A stretch of DNA of 63,876 bases, the filler included, from Limisphaerales bacterium (GTDB lineage Bacteria > Verrucomicrobiota > Verrucomicrobiia > Limisphaerales > SIBE01): assembly GCA_044225505.1 (NCBI GenBank). It is 9 parts of 9 records of this genome, joined end to end, with 100 filler letters (N's around TTAATTAATTAA, not from the genome) between each part and the next. Parts side by side here need not be neighbours in the genome. Positions count along the whole stretch, not along the records: positions 7,600 to 14,918 come from JBGAIN010000275.1; positions 15,019 to 22,273 come from JBGAIN010000276.1; 7 more parts are not named here. One strand, 5' to 3'. This document shows, in pieces, positions 11,301-22,373 of this stretch. Numbering within the stretch: position 1 is the stretch's first letter; each line of letters opens with the position of its first letter. A program made the position numbers and the translations under genes. The notes beneath the pieces were generated by a model that was not told the DNA's origin, searched no databases, and saw only the letters and a list, made by a program, of their open reading frames with translations.

Positions 11301-13621
11301 TCCACGGACCGACCTGCAACGCCTCCGTTCGACCCGAAGATCTGCGCGTCGCTTTGTCCCAAAACCTCCGCTGCCGGCTTCTGGAGAAAAGCGCAGAACG
11401 CTTGGTTGACCAGTCCGTAAACGCCGGACAGATCTTTCAAAATCAGGAAATTGGGTATGGAATCGAGGATCGTTTGCAGGAGCCGATGCTGACGAGCGAG
11501 CGCTGCTTCCACCTGTTTTCGATGGGTAATGTCGACGAGGCATTGCAGCACCTTTTCCCCGTTTGCCACGCGTATCCGGCGGACCGAAACCAGCACGAAC
11601 AACGAGGTGCCGTCGGGACGAACCAGTTCACGCTCGACATTTTCCATGAATTGATCGCGGAGACACCCGACACATTCGTCCGAGTTTGAGGGGCAAAGCG
11701 TGGAGCGACAGTCGCGTCCTATCAACGTGACCGCTGGTTGGCCAAACATCAGGGCTGCTTGTTGATTGACACTCTCAATGCGACGATCTCCGTGATCAAT
11801 CACGACCACTCCCGTTGGCAAGCTCTCGAGCAACGCCCGTTGATTAGACTCGCTTTGTCGCAATTCACTCGTGCGGGAATCGATCAACCTTTCGAGCAGG
11901 GCACGCCGGGAGGTCAGCACGGCGACCAGTCCAGTGAGAATGCCGGTGATCAGCATTCCAAGAAGGCCGGCGATCCAGCCCTTCCAGAGTGGATGAGCCG
12001 AGAGGTAAGTAGGTTGGGCGTCCAGTTCTAAGAGAAACCCTTTATCGGACAAGAACAGCGGCAAGCTGACGCTCAGGTCGGAACTTGGCCTTTTCAGTGA
12101 CCTCTCATGGGCCATTGACGCTATCGGCACACTCGGAACCGTGGTGCCCGCCACCTTTTGGCCTTGTCCAGGCTCTAGGATGAAGAGCGTTGCCTCCAGC
12201 CCCAGTTCTTCATTGCCATATCCCCGAAAGGTTTGTCGGAGCACCTGCTCCAGCGGCAGCACCGTCATTACAAATCCACGCAACTTGTCCTGGTCAGACA
12301 CAGAGTGTACGGCGACGAGACCGCGGCCTGACTCGCTCGCACCATTCAATTCGAAAGCGTCTGTGGCCGCTGGTGATCTCGTTTGGAGTGCGTGCTCCAG
12401 AGCCGCCCGCCTTAATGGCTCGGAGTTGACGTCGAATCCTACAATCTGTCCGTTACTGGCTTGAGGTTCTGAGTAATAAACCGGGTAGTAAACAGGCCGA
12501 TCGCCCGGCGGAGTTCTAGCTTGATCTGAGTCGAGTTCATAAATGGTAAAATCCGGACTGCTTTCTCGCCGTGCCTGAGCCTCAAAACTCTGCACGGAAT
12601 CCTTCGGAACCGCCGGAGCCCAGATCCAGCCTTGGTCGATCGCGTGCCGGTTTATAAAAGCGGCATAGTCTCGGAATTCCTGGCTGGTTATTTCTCGGCT
12701 GCCCAGGAGAAAGTGGGCCATCGATTCCAATCCCGTATCGACCTCCCGGAACGAGCGGCTGAGCCCCTCGGCTTCGGCCAACGCCAACGCGCCGAAAGCC
12801 CTTCTTCGATCGTCGCGTTCTGTTTCGTGGACTTCGGTCGCAATGGCCAGCGTCATGGCCAGTCCCAGTAAAGCACACCAGGCCGGTTCTAGATGACGCA
12901 GGCGCCGTTGAGCTGCAATCGCAAGTCCCGATCTCCACCTTAGGACGCCGTTTCCAAGGATCACCATCGCGAGAAGTCCGCCGGTTAGTAGTAGAGGCGT
13001 CACCTGGGCCTGCCGAATCGCTCCCTGCAAGCGCGCCGCCTCTTCACTCACACCGAGAACCGCGATGACTCTGCCACTTTGAGGATCAAGCACAGGCGAC
13101 CAACCGCTGACCAACGAACTCCCGTCGGTTGGATACGGTCCTCCCGTCGTAGCGTGCCGCGATTGGAAGACCTGCACCAATTCCGGCGGCGGATTTTTGA
13201 AAGGCTTGCCACACTCGGCACTGGAATCGTCTTGGCTCCCACTGCGGGGGCCATAAAGTATTTGGTCTCCTCGAGATATGAGACTGTCAATGCGTGACAA
13301 CCCTTTCGCCCGTGTGTAGGTCCCTAGCTGCGAACACAACTTACGGTAGGCGGGATTGGCACCGTCCTGAGGAGAGAATGTAAGGGCCTCCAGTTGCTCC
13401 TTCTTGATCGCCCGAGCGATGGCATTCGCCTGAACCAGGAGTTCTTCCCGCCGGAGAAGATTCTCAGTCTTACCCGACCATTGAGTCGCGGCAATTCCGC
13501 CTAAGAGCAGCGAGACAATCGTTGCGGCGGTCATCGCCGATGACCAACGACGCTGGCCATTCTTTTCAGCGCGGTTTAAGGGCGTTTCGGCCTTCGAAAG
13601 CGGCTCGACTTGGCGGTTCAC
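8330..13621 (-). CDS. Hybrid sensor histidine kinase (CHASE, 4x PAS, HisKA, HATPase_c, 2x REC, Hpt)
   Basis: [56 protein letters not shown] and the Hpt motif AHRIKGAA; N-terminal TM helices and a CHASE-like segment. Confidence 0.95.
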   Translation of the reverse strand: MNRQVEPLSKAETPLNRAEKNGQRRWSSAMTAATIVSLLLGGIAATQWSGKTENLLRREELLVQANAIARAIKKEQLEALTFSPQDGANPAYRKLCSQLGTYTRAKGLSRIDSLISRGDQILYGPRSGSQDDSSAECGKPFKNPPPELVQVFQSRHATTGGPYPTDGSSLVSGWSPVLDPQSGRVIAVLGVSEEAARLQGAIRQAQVTPLLLTGGLLAMVILGNGVLRWRSGLAIAAQRRLRHLEPAWCALLGLAMTLAIATEVHETERDDRRRAFGALALAEAEGLSRSFREVDTGLESMAHFLLGSREITSQEFRDYAAFINRHAIDQGWIWAPAVPKDSVQSFEAQARRESSPDFTIYELDSDQARTPPGDRPVYYPVYYSEPQASNGQIVGFDVNSEPLRRAALEHALQTRSPAATDAFELNGASESGRGLVAVHSVSDQDKLRGFVMTVLPLEQVLRQTFRGYGNEELGLEATLFILEPGQGQKVAGTTVPSVPIASMAHERSLKRPSSDLSVSLPLFLSDKGFLLELDAQPTYLSAHPLWKGWIAGLLGMLITGILTGLVAVLTSRRALLERLIDSRTSELRQSESNQRALLESLPTGVVVIDHGDRRIESVNQQAALMFGQPAVTLIGRDCRSTLCPSNSDECVGCLRDQFMENVERELVRPDGTSLFVLVSVRRIRVANGEKVLQCLVDITHRKQVEAALARQHRLLQTILDSIPNFLILKDLSGVYGLVNQAFCAFLQKPAAEVLGQSDAQIFGSNGGVAGRSVDQEVVDSGRTVSRDELVQVAGKLRWLQVTRAPFLDEPGKCAGVLVSMIDISARREAEEEVKRQASLINSLLDSLPDMIFFKNVEGVYLGCNPSFAEFVGRKKEGIIGKTDYDLFAPDVAAAFRENDERMLASKMPRHNEELITYPNGRKALLDTLKTPYWLPDGTLIGVVGLSRDITDQKRAQEALRESETRLRAITESAQDAIIMMDSRGRVSFWNPAAERIFGFGRDQVIGQQLHQLIAPSRYHQAQSVAWRDFLQTGAGSAVNRVTELQACRKNGEEFPIELSLSAIRLEDGWNAVGVVRDITSRRQAEETLLASNHRLEEATHLAHELAVQANLASAAKSEFLANMSHEIRTPMNGILGMTSLLLETRLDDAQRHYAQTVRASGRTLLRLIDDILDFSKIEAGRLELESLDFNLRDVLEDLATLMAVKATEKGLELICAPAPEVPLRLQGDPGRLRQVLTNLVGNALKFTDRGEVAIRVSVETHSAAEVSLRFSIRDTGIGISADKLAILFEKFTQVDASITRRYGGTGLGLAICRQLAEKMGGKIGVHSTPGTGSEFWFTARFRLQPNLPADSILEDGLRGMRVLIVEHNDTHRDVLRTQCAAWGMLPEEAPDLSTAQAALLSAANNDQPFTVAIVDMAMTGSDGTTFAQVFRMDPRFAQTALVLLSLLDRIPNEQAFQGIANLACLRKPVRHRQLYHAMARLNGELDDLKDPKAPQPHRQADLNDSHPPRLLIADDNATNQQVALGILKLFGVEAHAVDNGQEALDSLIQLPYDLVLMDVQMPVMDGLEATRRIREHERNITPGFVVPIVAMTAHAFAHDKELCLAAGMNDFLTKPIEPGALFAALKKWLPENATLTAPGPVPTVERPSNALVADSIPVHDRSAFLARVLGDESLMRSVAKAFLNDMPGAIQSLTGSAAAFDYGTIAAVAHRIKGAAANVSGERMRALAAAVEASAKGGDQAAVEERVRALASEFNQLRAALDT

Positions 13622-13752
13622 ACGTTAATTCCCTGATCCCAGATCAATACGGCACGAACGGGTAAAACCGGCATTGCACCGCTCGTGTCCCCGAAGCCAG
13701 CAGTGGTCTGAATGCGCCCGGTATTTTGGGGTCGGTTGAACAAGTTACAGGC

Positions 13753-13832
13753 GGAACACCCCTCGCCGTGGTTTGGCTCTTTGGAATCCCGGGGAACACC
13801 CCTCGCCGTGGTTTGGCTCTTTGGAATCCCGG
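13753..13832. repeat. Perfect 40-bp tandem duplication (intergenic)
   Basis: GGAACACCCCTCGCCGTGGTTTGGCTCTTTGGAATCCCGG at 13753 and 13793. Confidence 0.95.
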
Positions 13833-13848
13833 CATACTCCCGGGGCGC

Positions 13849-14568
13849 TTAGTTTTGGCCATCCAAATCAATGATCTCCATGTTCCCGTTCATATAAGGG
13901 GTCGTGCGGCAGTGCATCAGATTCATAATCCGGCGCGTGACCTGACCTAGCCGTTTGACTCCGTCGCGAATTGCCGTCACCAGTTCGTTGGAAGCGGTTG
14001 ATTGGTCCATGAGGAGCAGATCGGCAGCGCTCAGAACCGCTTGCAGTGGCTGGTTCAGTTCGTGGCAAACCGCTGCGGCCATCTGAAGAACGCCTTGCAG
14101 GCGCTCTTGCTGCCCAACCTGGGCTTGAAGATCGACAATGCGGTGCCCCACCCGCAGTCGCGCTTGCAGTTCGCGACCATCGAACGGCTTAATAATAAAA
14201 TCATCCGCTCCAGCATCTAACGCCTGCGCGACCTGTTCCGGCGCACGCATTGAGGTTAACATGATCAAATAGGGGGCAATCGGCAGTTTTCTGGCTCGAA
14301 TTTGCCGACATACTTCCAGCCCATCCACTTCCGGCATCATCCAGTCGATCAGCGCTAAGCGAGGCCCTTCCGTCCCGTGAAATTTGGCCAACGCCTCAGC
14401 GCCGTTGGAAGTCCCGACGACGCGGTACCCCCATTTGGTCAATAGTCCGATCAACAGCTCGCGTGAGCCAGAATCATCCTCAGCAACCAGAATCTCTCGG
14501 TGCTGTGCCCGTTCTCCGGGCGATCCTGGCAAGAGGCGATTGCCTGGACTTTCCTGCAATGTATTCAT
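13849..14568 (-). CDS. Response regulator with C-terminal HisKA-like helix pair
   Basis: ILVAEDD, LIDWMMPEVDG, GADDFIIKPF, then CHELNQPL with no ATPase domain. Confidence 0.9.
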   Translation of the reverse strand: MNTLQESPGNRLLPGSPGERAQHREILVAEDDSGSRELLIGLLTKWGYRVVGTSNGAEALAKFHGTEGPRLALIDWMMPEVDGLEVCRQIRARKLPIAPYLIMLTSMRAPEQVAQALDAGADDFIIKPFDGRELQARLRVGHRIVDLQAQVGQQERLQGVLQMAAAVCHELNQPLQAVLSAADLLLMDQSTASNELVTAIRDGVKRLGQVTRRIMNLMHCRTTPYMNGNMEIIDLDGQN

Positions 14569-14821
14569 AGCTAGGCCTATTAACCAATGTATCGGCTATA
14601 GGTCTCGCCTCTCAACCCCGGTAAACCACCACTCTGCTTCCGGAAAACCCTCAAACCGATCAAGATACCTTGATCCACTCTTCTCTCGTCCCTCCCACGT
14701 CGTCGCAACTCTTGGATCGATGCGTCAACTCTTGGTCAACCGCAATACGGCTCGACCAATTCGTGGTTCGCAGCACTCACTCCAGCCAGCGCAGTCTCGT
14801 TCTAAACAGCCTCGGGACGGG

Positions 14822-14895
14822 ATGAGAGCCCTATGAGACCCCTATGAGAGCCATATCGCGATAGGGGTCTCATAGGGGTCTCATAGGGCTCTCAT
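14822..14895. repeat. Palindromic element built from 11-bp units
   Basis: ATGAGAGCCCT-ATGAGACCCCT-ATGAGAGCCAT-atcgcgat-AGGGGTCTCAT-AGGGGTCTCAT-AGGGCTCTCAT. Confidence 0.85.
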
Positions 14896-15229
14896 GCTGT
14901 TTTCAGCGGCAGGACAAGNNNNNNNNNNNNNNNNNNNNNNNNNNNNNNNNNNNNNNNNNNNNTTAATTAATTAANNNNNNNNNNNNNNNNNNNNNNNNNN
15001 NNNNNNNNNNNNNNNNNNAACCCAAACGCCCTTTCTCGCCGCACTCAGCCGCCCCTCCGGGGCTTGGGCCCTCTCACTGGAGCACCCGGCGCTAAAGCGA
15101 CCGGGCTTCTCTCATTCTGTCCCTTCCGGGACTGAATAGAATTACCGAATGGCATTAGAATAAATTCCGCGCACCGATCATCGCTAAAGCACGACGAAAC
15201 ATCATTGATTCTCGTCGGACCACAGGAAG

Positions 15230-15400
15230 GAGGGGACACTGCTGTCCAAATCTGGATCCGCACGGCGTTGACCCTGGTGCCCACGAGGGTTTTTATCGTC
15301 AGCGGTTGCTTGAGCAGTTTGAAGAATAGTTCGATTTGCCATCTTTCTTTATAGATGGTGGTAGGGAGTGTTTCATTATGTCGAACGAATCGAAGGCATT
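15230..15400 (-). mobile_element. IS4-family transposase remnant
   Basis: IYKERWQIELFFKLLKQ.L.IKT.VGT..NAVRIQIWTA is the IS4 Y-R-E-K region; fragment only. Confidence 0.75.
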
Positions 15401-16032
15401 TGGACGCGAGTGCTGTATCGAGAGTTTCAGAGGGGAGCTGCAGTTGGGGCAAAGCATGCCCTTGAATCTAAGAGTGCACTGACTGATGCAATCTGGTTAC
15501 CCGTCGAGGCCGTGATCGTGGGAGACGGGACTCGGCAATAACTTCGCGATCCCAACGCCAACGGGTCGTCGTGTTTCTATCGAGTCAAAGCGGAGTAGGG
15601 ACCAGCTCGGACGCAGCTCGGCTCCTTTGCTAGAGCAATTGGCGATTCTAAGAATTCCTCACTCCGAGAGCCGATTGAACCGAGGTCAAGCGATGCTTTG
15701 GGCCGAGGGAACGAAGGCCAAAGACCGCCTGATAGAAGCAGGACTTTAGCCAGCGTAACCCATTACCAGTGAACAACCTAATAGGATGTCTGTCGGGTTT
15801 TGGCGGCGGCTTGACGGGCTTTCAGGATGCTCATCCTCCAAAAGACTGGGGGCCATGATCGCGTATTCCCGGAGTCACCAGTTTTTCGGACACCGATTGC
15901 GGACTGACACTCGTTGAGTTTTCAGTGTCCGTGCTAGCGCTTTCCACCTTGACGGCGGGCATAGCCCCCTGGAGTTTGGCTCGTGCCCGGCAACTTTTTC
16001 GCGGGCGCGGGGTTTGATTGACTTGGTTTGCT

Positions 16033-17307
16033 ATGCCACAGTTTTCGTATAAAGCGCGACGACGTTCCGGCGAGGTAGTCCTTGGGAGCGTAGAAGTTCC
16101 AGATCGGGCGGCGGCGTTGGTCCAGATCGAGCGGCTGGGATTGTTTCCCGTCGCGGTCGATGCGGCCAAAGGGTCCGGTCCCGCCAAAGCAGAACCTACC
16201 TCTGAGACGTCGACCGGAAGAACCGTCATTTTGCCGCCGGCGCTCCGGGAATTGCTCCAGCGCAAGCGCAAGCCCAAGTTGCAGGAGCTTGCTACGTTTA
16301 CCCAGCAGTTGTCGAATTTGCTGCACTCGGGCATGCCTTTGACAGTGGCGCTAAACAGCATGACTCACCTGGAGTCCAAGGGCATTCCATCCGATGTCAG
16401 CAAACAGTTGAAGCAGGACGTCATGGAAGGGAAGAGCCTTTCGGACGCGATGTCCAAACAACCAGTTATCTTTTCTGATCTCTACGTCAACATGGTCCGC
16501 GCGGGGGAACAGAGCGGCGCCCTGGGGGAGGTGCTGAAACGTCTCTCGGATCATTTCGAGCGTTTTGCGGAAGTGCAACAGAAGTTCGTCTCGTCGCTCA
16601 TCTATCCTGCTGTCGTGGCTTGTGTGGGACTGGCGATCATCGTCTTTTTCATGAGCTATATGCTCCCGAAGTTCATGTCGATTTTCGAGGGGATGCAAGT
16701 CCAGCTTCCCGCAGCGACCCAGTTTCTCATCGCGTTGAGCCACTTGTTTAGCCATTACTGGTGGCTGATGCTACTGGTTCTGCTGGCTGCATTCGTCCTG
16801 TTCAAACGGTATCAATCCAGCGAAATCGGCAAGCGGACGATCGATAATTGGAAGATGCGCGTTCCGGTGGTTGGACGTGTCGTAAAGCTGAATCTGTTCG
16901 GCCAGTTCGCGCGGACCCTCGCCACCTTGTTGCAGAATGGCGTGCCCGTTTTGACAGCGCTGAAGATCACCGAAGAAGTGATTCCGAATCGAATCTTGAA
17001 GGAGGCCATCGCCAAGACGCGGGAGGAAGTGACCGACGGCAAAACCATTGCTCAGCCGTTGGCGCGAAGTAAGATTTTCCCCCAACTCATGATTGACCTG
17101 CTGAAAATTGGGGAAGAAACCGGTGACGTTCCCGGGGCGCTGCAGAATTTGGCGAATACCTACGAGAATGAGTTGTCCATCGCCCTGCGAGTCATGACCA
17201 ATTTGATTGAACCGCTAATGATCATTGTCATGGCTCTCGGCGTGGGTTTCCTCCTGTTTAGCGTGCTCTCCGCGATGTTCGCGATCACGTCGAATATCGC
17301 CCGTTAA
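16033..17307 (+). CDS. gspF: Type II secretion inner-membrane platform protein F
   Basis: MPQFSYKARRRSG, FTQQLSNLLHSGMPL, VRAGEQSGAL and GEETGDV...LIEP; two T2SSF repeats. Confidence 0.93.
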   Translation: MPQFSYKARRRSGEVVLGSVEVPDRAAALVQIERLGLFPVAVDAAKGSGPAKAEPTSETSTGRTVILPPALRELLQRKRKPKLQELATFTQQLSNLLHSGMPLTVALNSMTHLESKGIPSDVSKQLKQDVMEGKSLSDAMSKQPVIFSDLYVNMVRAGEQSGALGEVLKRLSDHFERFAEVQQKFVSSLIYPAVVACVGLAIIVFFMSYMLPKFMSIFEGMQVQLPAATQFLIALSHLFSHYWWLMLLVLLAAFVLFKRYQSSEIGKRTIDNWKMRVPVVGRVVKLNLFGQFARTLATLLQNGVPVLTALKITEEVIPNRILKEAIAKTREEVTDGKTIAQPLARSKIFPQLMIDLLKIGEETGDVPGALQNLANTYENELSIALRVMTNLIEPLMIIVMALGVGFLLFSVLSAMFAITSNIAR

Positions 17308-17891
17308 TGATCGATCTAAAGCCCCAAGGGATTTGCCGCAATCAAAGCTTGGCGTGCTTGCGACCGCGCCGAGCGTGGGCTTTTACATTGATCGAATTAA
17401 TGATCGTCATCGGCATTGTCGCGATCATCGCGGCCGTTGGCCTTCCCGCATTTGTGCATGGAATGCGAAAAGAAGGATTGCGGAAGGCCGTCAGTGATGT
17501 TGTCGAAGGCTGCAGTCACGCCCGGGCGCAAGCGATCCTGCGCGGAGTTCCAACGGAACTGCTCATCCGGGCGGAGGACGGACAAATCAGCGTTCGGCCC
17601 TACCAGCCCAGAAGTGCGGAGGAAGCGGTCGAGGTTGGCACGGTCTCGGCGGCCCCGAGTGCAGCCGCTGCGGCCGTTTCCACTTTCAAAGCGAATCTCC
17701 CAGACGATATCGCCGTGAAGTTGCTTTATGTGAATTTTAAGGACCAGATGGAAAATCCGGAAGCGCACATTCGGTTTTTTCCAAACGGAACCTGCGATGA
17801 GTTTACCGTGATTCTTTCGTCTCTAACGGCAGAACAACAGATCAGTCTTGATGTGATCACGGCGCTGGCTGATGTGAAAGTAATCCGATGA
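17307..17891 (+). CDS. Minor pseudopilin (GspH-like)
   Basis: Prepilin site AFTLIELMIVIGIVAIIAA and IRFFPNG; position in the gsp operon. Confidence 0.8.
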   Translation: MIDLKPQGICRNQSLACLRPRRAWAFTLIELMIVIGIVAIIAAVGLPAFVHGMRKEGLRKAVSDVVEGCSHARAQAILRGVPTELLIRAEDGQISVRPYQPRSAEEAVEVGTVSAAPSAAAAAVSTFKANLPDDIAVKLLYVNFKDQMENPEAHIRFFPNGTCDEFTVILSSLTAEQQISLDVITALADVKVIR

Positions 17892-18301
17892 CATCGATGC
17901 GGCCTCATCAAAACGCCTTTTCGCTGCTCGAAGTGATGATTGCCATGGGCATCTTCTTTGTCGCGATCTTTGGGATCCTGGCGCTCACTTCGCAGAACAT
18001 TGGAGCCGCGCGGCTCTTGCAGCGGAATGAAGCGGATATCACGACACTGGCCGCGCAACTCAGCCTTACCAACCGGCTGGAGGAAGGCGTTGAGTCAGGC
18101 GATTTTGGGGAGATGTATCCTGGCGCGGTCTGGTCGCGAGCGGTGACAGAGGTTTCCAGCAACGGCCTGTTTCGAGTCGACTTTACCCTGCACGAACCGA
18201 CGCAGAACCGGAAGGCACCGTTGGCCGAACGCCATTTGACCATCCTCCTTTACCGGCCGCTCTCGTCGGGTCCCATCGGCATCGGCAATCGGAGACGATG
18301 A
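17888..18301 (+). CDS. Minor pseudopilin (GspI-like)
   Basis: AFSLLEVMIAMGIF; 137 aa; operon order. Confidence 0.8.
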   Translation: MTSMRPHQNAFSLLEVMIAMGIFFVAIFGILALTSQNIGAARLLQRNEADITTLAAQLSLTNRLEEGVESGDFGEMYPGAVWSRAVTEVSSNGLFRVDFTLHEPTQNRKAPLAERHLTILLYRPLSSGPIGIGNRRR

Positions 18302-19080
18302 TGCGCAACACCTCGACCGTACGTCCCAGTTCTCCTGGCTCGCAGAGGCCGCCAGGGCGATGCCGATTGCTGACCAAGCCTCGTCCTGTCGAGGCCTTTA
18401 CCCTGATCGAGGTCATGGTCGCGATGGCTATCTTCACCATGGTGATGATTGCCATTTATTCGAGTTGGACGGCCATCCTGCGCGGTTCCAAAGTGGGCCT
18501 GACCGCCGCCGCAGAAGCGCAACGCACACGCGTCGCGGTCCGAGCGGTTCGAGATGCCTTAACTTCCGGCCAGCTCTACATGGAGAATTTGCGATACTAC
18601 TGGTTTATGGCTGATACCAGCGCGGATTTCGCGGCGTTAAGCTTGGTCTCACGCCTGCCCGCTTCTTTCCCTGGCAGCGGGCTTTTTGGCAACCAAATCG
18701 TCCGACGGGTCTCGTTCACCGTGGAGCCCGGGCCGAACGGGCAAAAGCAATTAATCTTACGCCAAACCCCACTCCTTGAACCGCCGGACACCGCACAGAC
18801 TCCATACACCACGGTGTTGGCGCCAAACGTCAACCTTTTCTCGCTCGAGTTTTGGAACACCAACACTCTCGAATGGGACCCGGAGTGGCCTTGGACCAAT
18901 CAGTTGCCGAAACTTGTCCGGGTTGCGGTGAGCGTCGGGCCACCGCAGCATCGTGCGACTCCTGCCGATACGGCGGTGGAGACTGCGCTGGTGAGTTCGG
19001 TAGCGATTCCCCGGGCCCTGCAGGTCCCAGCGGTTCGCCGCGGCATTGGTGCGGTGCCTGGTGGACGCCCCCCTCAATGA
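18298..19080 (+). CDS. Minor pseudopilin (GspJ-like)
   Basis: AFTLIEVMVAMAIF and the C-terminal W..TNQLPKLVRV motif. Confidence 0.82.
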   Translation: MMRNTSTVRPSSPGSQRPPGRCRLLTKPRPVEAFTLIEVMVAMAIFTMVMIAIYSSWTAILRGSKVGLTAAAEAQRTRVAVRAVRDALTSGQLYMENLRYYWFMADTSADFAALSLVSRLPASFPGSGLFGNQIVRRVSFTVEPGPNGQKQLILRQTPLLEPPDTAQTPYTTVLAPNVNLFSLEFWNTNTLEWDPEWPWTNQLPKLVRVAVSVGPPQHRATPADTAVETALVSSVAIPRALQVPAVRRGIGAVPGGRPPQ

Positions 19081-20174
19081 CAATTCGTCTCCAACCTTCC
19101 CGTGCCATCGCGATGGTGATCGTGATGTTGGTCATCGTTGTGCTTGGCATCCTCGCGGGAGGATTCGCTTTCTCCATGAAAGTAGAAACGAAACTGGCGC
19201 AGAACAGCGGCTTTGAAGGGGATTTGGAATGGTTGGGGCGTTCCGGGGTGGAGCTGGCGCGCTTTATCCTCGTCCAGGAACTGAATGTGCCCACTGAACC
19301 CTGGGATTCTCTAAATCAGAAATGGGCTGGGGGACCGATGGGGACGAACGAGGTGCTCGAGACGGTTTCTCTCGAAAACAATGAATTGGGGCTGGGAGTC
19401 TTCTCGATAAAAATCATCGATCTGGAGCGGAAGGTGAACATTAATCTGATCAATGAAGTCAGTGTCCCCATCTTGCAGCAGGCGCTCAATGCTGCGGGGG
19501 CAGACCCAGCCGATGCGGCAACGATCAGTGACTCTTTTCTAGATTGGATCGACGTTGACGAAAACCCTCACCTAAGCGGCAGTGAGAGTTCTGAGTATGT
19601 TGCACGCCCTAACCCAGGCTACGCGCCCTACGTGGCGAAGAATGGACCGATCGACGACCTTTCAGAGCTTCTGCTGATTCGTGGAGTGACGCCAGCTATC
19701 TACTTCGGGTCGGATGAGCCTGGACCTGGACCGGGAGTAGGTCCGCGTCCGCCGATGGCCTTCATGAATCTGGGAACCCCGCAAAGTTCTGGGCCAGTCG
19801 GGTTGGTGGACTTATTCACTCCGATTTCGTCCGGGATGATCAACATCAACACGGCATCCGCGCAGGTGCTGCAACTTATCCCAGGAATTGATCCAAGCCT
19901 GGCCCAGGCGATTGTCACAACTCGGGCTGGTTTAGATGGCGTGGAAGGCACCGAGGATGACGTTCCATTTCGCACAGCCGGGGAGTTGATCAATGTCCCT
20001 GGAATGCCCCCAACCGTGATTCAGCAGGCGACGGGCCTGTTTGTAACTCGAAGCATGACCTTTGAGGTGGTGGTGGACGCTCGCATCGGCCAGTACCGAC
20101 GTCAGTACATCGGCGTGCTGCGAAGGAATCCCGCTAATCGCGACGTCCAATCTCTGCTCTTCCACGCTCGGTAG
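19077..20174 (+). CDS. gspK: Type II secretion protein K
   Basis: Hydrophobic N-terminus, DSLNQKWA, DLERKVNIN, LDWIDVD, KNGPIDDLSELLLIRG and ININTAS; ATG overlaps the previous stop. Confidence 0.9.
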   Translation: MTIRLQPSRAIAMVIVMLVIVVLGILAGGFAFSMKVETKLAQNSGFEGDLEWLGRSGVELARFILVQELNVPTEPWDSLNQKWAGGPMGTNEVLETVSLENNELGLGVFSIKIIDLERKVNINLINEVSVPILQQALNAAGADPADAATISDSFLDWIDVDENPHLSGSESSEYVARPNPGYAPYVAKNGPIDDLSELLLIRGVTPAIYFGSDEPGPGPGVGPRPPMAFMNLGTPQSSGPVGLVDLFTPISSGMININTASAQVLQLIPGIDPSLAQAIVTTRAGLDGVEGTEDDVPFRTAGELINVPGMPPTVIQQATGLFVTRSMTFEVVVDARIGQYRRQYIGVLRRNPANRDVQSLLFHAR

Positions 20175-20179
20175 CACCC

Positions 20180-20896
20180 ATGGCCAAACTTGTTTTTGTC
20201 ACGGGAACCGACACGGGCTCAGGCAAAAGTGTTCTCACTGCGCTTTTGGTCGCATCGCTTCGGGCTGGCGGTCACGAAGCGCTGGCAATGAAGCCGTTCT
20301 GCTCTGGATCGTGGGACGATGTCGATTTGCTGGCGACGGCGCAGGACTACCGACTCGACCGGAACCGCATTTGCCCGTTTCACTTTAAGCAACCGTTGGC
20401 TCCGTGGGTTGCTGCCAGGCTTACAGGGCGCAAGGTGCGCTTGGCTGAAGTCATTGACTCCATCCACAATGTGGCGCACCACTGTGAGATCCTCTTGATC
20501 GAAGGGGTGGGAGGCCTGCGAGTCCCGCTCGGTGAGGGGTATTCGGTGCTCAGCCTGATAAAGACGCTAGACTGTCCCGCGATCATCGTGGCTCGAAATG
20601 AACTCGGCGCCATAAGCCACACGCTGTTGACGTTGGACGCCCTGTGCCACGGTCAGTGTCAGCCTGGCTGTGTGGTGTTAATGCAGCCGTCGAGGCGCTC
20701 CCAGGTGACACGAACGAACGTCGAGGCGATCGCGGAACTAGTGGCGCCTGTCCCTCTGCAAACGCTTCCGTATTTGGGTCAAAATCCTTGCAAGAACCAG
20801 AGACTGAAAAAAAATGCGCAAGAATTGAAAAAAACACTTGCTCGAATTTTGGAGGTGAGTATCTTCACCACCACTTCGGACGCGGTGAGGAAATAA
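20180..20896 (+). CDS. bioD: Dethiobiotin synthase
   Basis: FVTGTDTGSGKS, MKPFCSG, LIEGVGGLRVP and LGAISHTLLT. Confidence 0.93.
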   Translation: MAKLVFVTGTDTGSGKSVLTALLVASLRAGGHEALAMKPFCSGSWDDVDLLATAQDYRLDRNRICPFHFKQPLAPWVAARLTGRKVRLAEVIDSIHNVAHHCEILLIEGVGGLRVPLGEGYSVLSLIKTLDCPAIIVARNELGAISHTLLTLDALCHGQCQPGCVVLMQPSRRSQVTRTNVEAIAELVAPVPLQTLPYLGQNPCKNQRLKKNAQELKKTLARILEVSIFTTTSDAVRK

Positions 20897-21006
20897 AAAG
20901 GGTTGCAGGGGAAGGGGACAGTGATAGAGTTTCCGCCGCAAGTAAGCGAGCTACCGAGAGCAGGTGAATAAAAACCTGTTGACGCCAAAGCGGGTGTTGC
21001 TAAGGT
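20838..21006 (+). promoter_or_regulatory. Three tandem rRNA-type sigma70 promoters
   Basis: TTGCTC-16-TATCTT (20838-20865), TTGCAG-16-TAGAGT (20903-20930) and TTGACG-16-TAAGGT (20979-21006), each preceded by an A-tract, upstream of 16S. Confidence 0.7.
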
Positions 21007-21083
21007 AGGTGAAGCTCAACTGAGATGCCGGAAGGCAGCGAAACGGCACTCGGTTTTTTTGTCCCCAAAAGGGGAAAGTTTTT

Positions 21084-21114
21084 GAGGTGGAAACGCCTCT
21101 TAGCTCTTTGAAAA
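21084..21114 (+). promoter_or_regulatory. rrn leader antitermination boxB/boxA
   Basis: Hairpin GAGGTG-GAAA-CGCCTC followed by GCTCTTTGAAAA. Confidence 0.7.
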
Positions 21115-21266
21115 TTCAAATGTGCGATAAGAAAGAGAGCCCCTCGAAGGTCATGGAAGTGGGTTAGGCAACTAGCCTATGGAAGTGGGCTTTGAGAGTT
21201 TAATCGAAGTAGAACGAAGAAGCCTGATTGAGAATCGATCAGGTGGAATTGAACTGCATCTGTTTT

Positions 21267-22273
<1,007 letters not shown>

Positions 22274-22373
22274 NNNNNNNNNNNNNNNNNNNNNNNNNNN
22301 NNNNNNNNNNNNNNNNNTTAATTAATTAANNNNNNNNNNNNNNNNNNNNNNNNNNNNNNNNNNNNNNNNNNNN

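Noticed and set aside
13753..13832. 40-bp duplication as a CRISPR array
   Set aside because: The copies are directly adjacent with no spacer, and no cas genes are on that contig.
15493..15598. Short segment ending ...SCFYRVKAE* as a gene
   Set aside because: It resembles the C-terminal tail of secreted proteins but has an internal stop and no start; at most a remnant beside the IS4 fragment.
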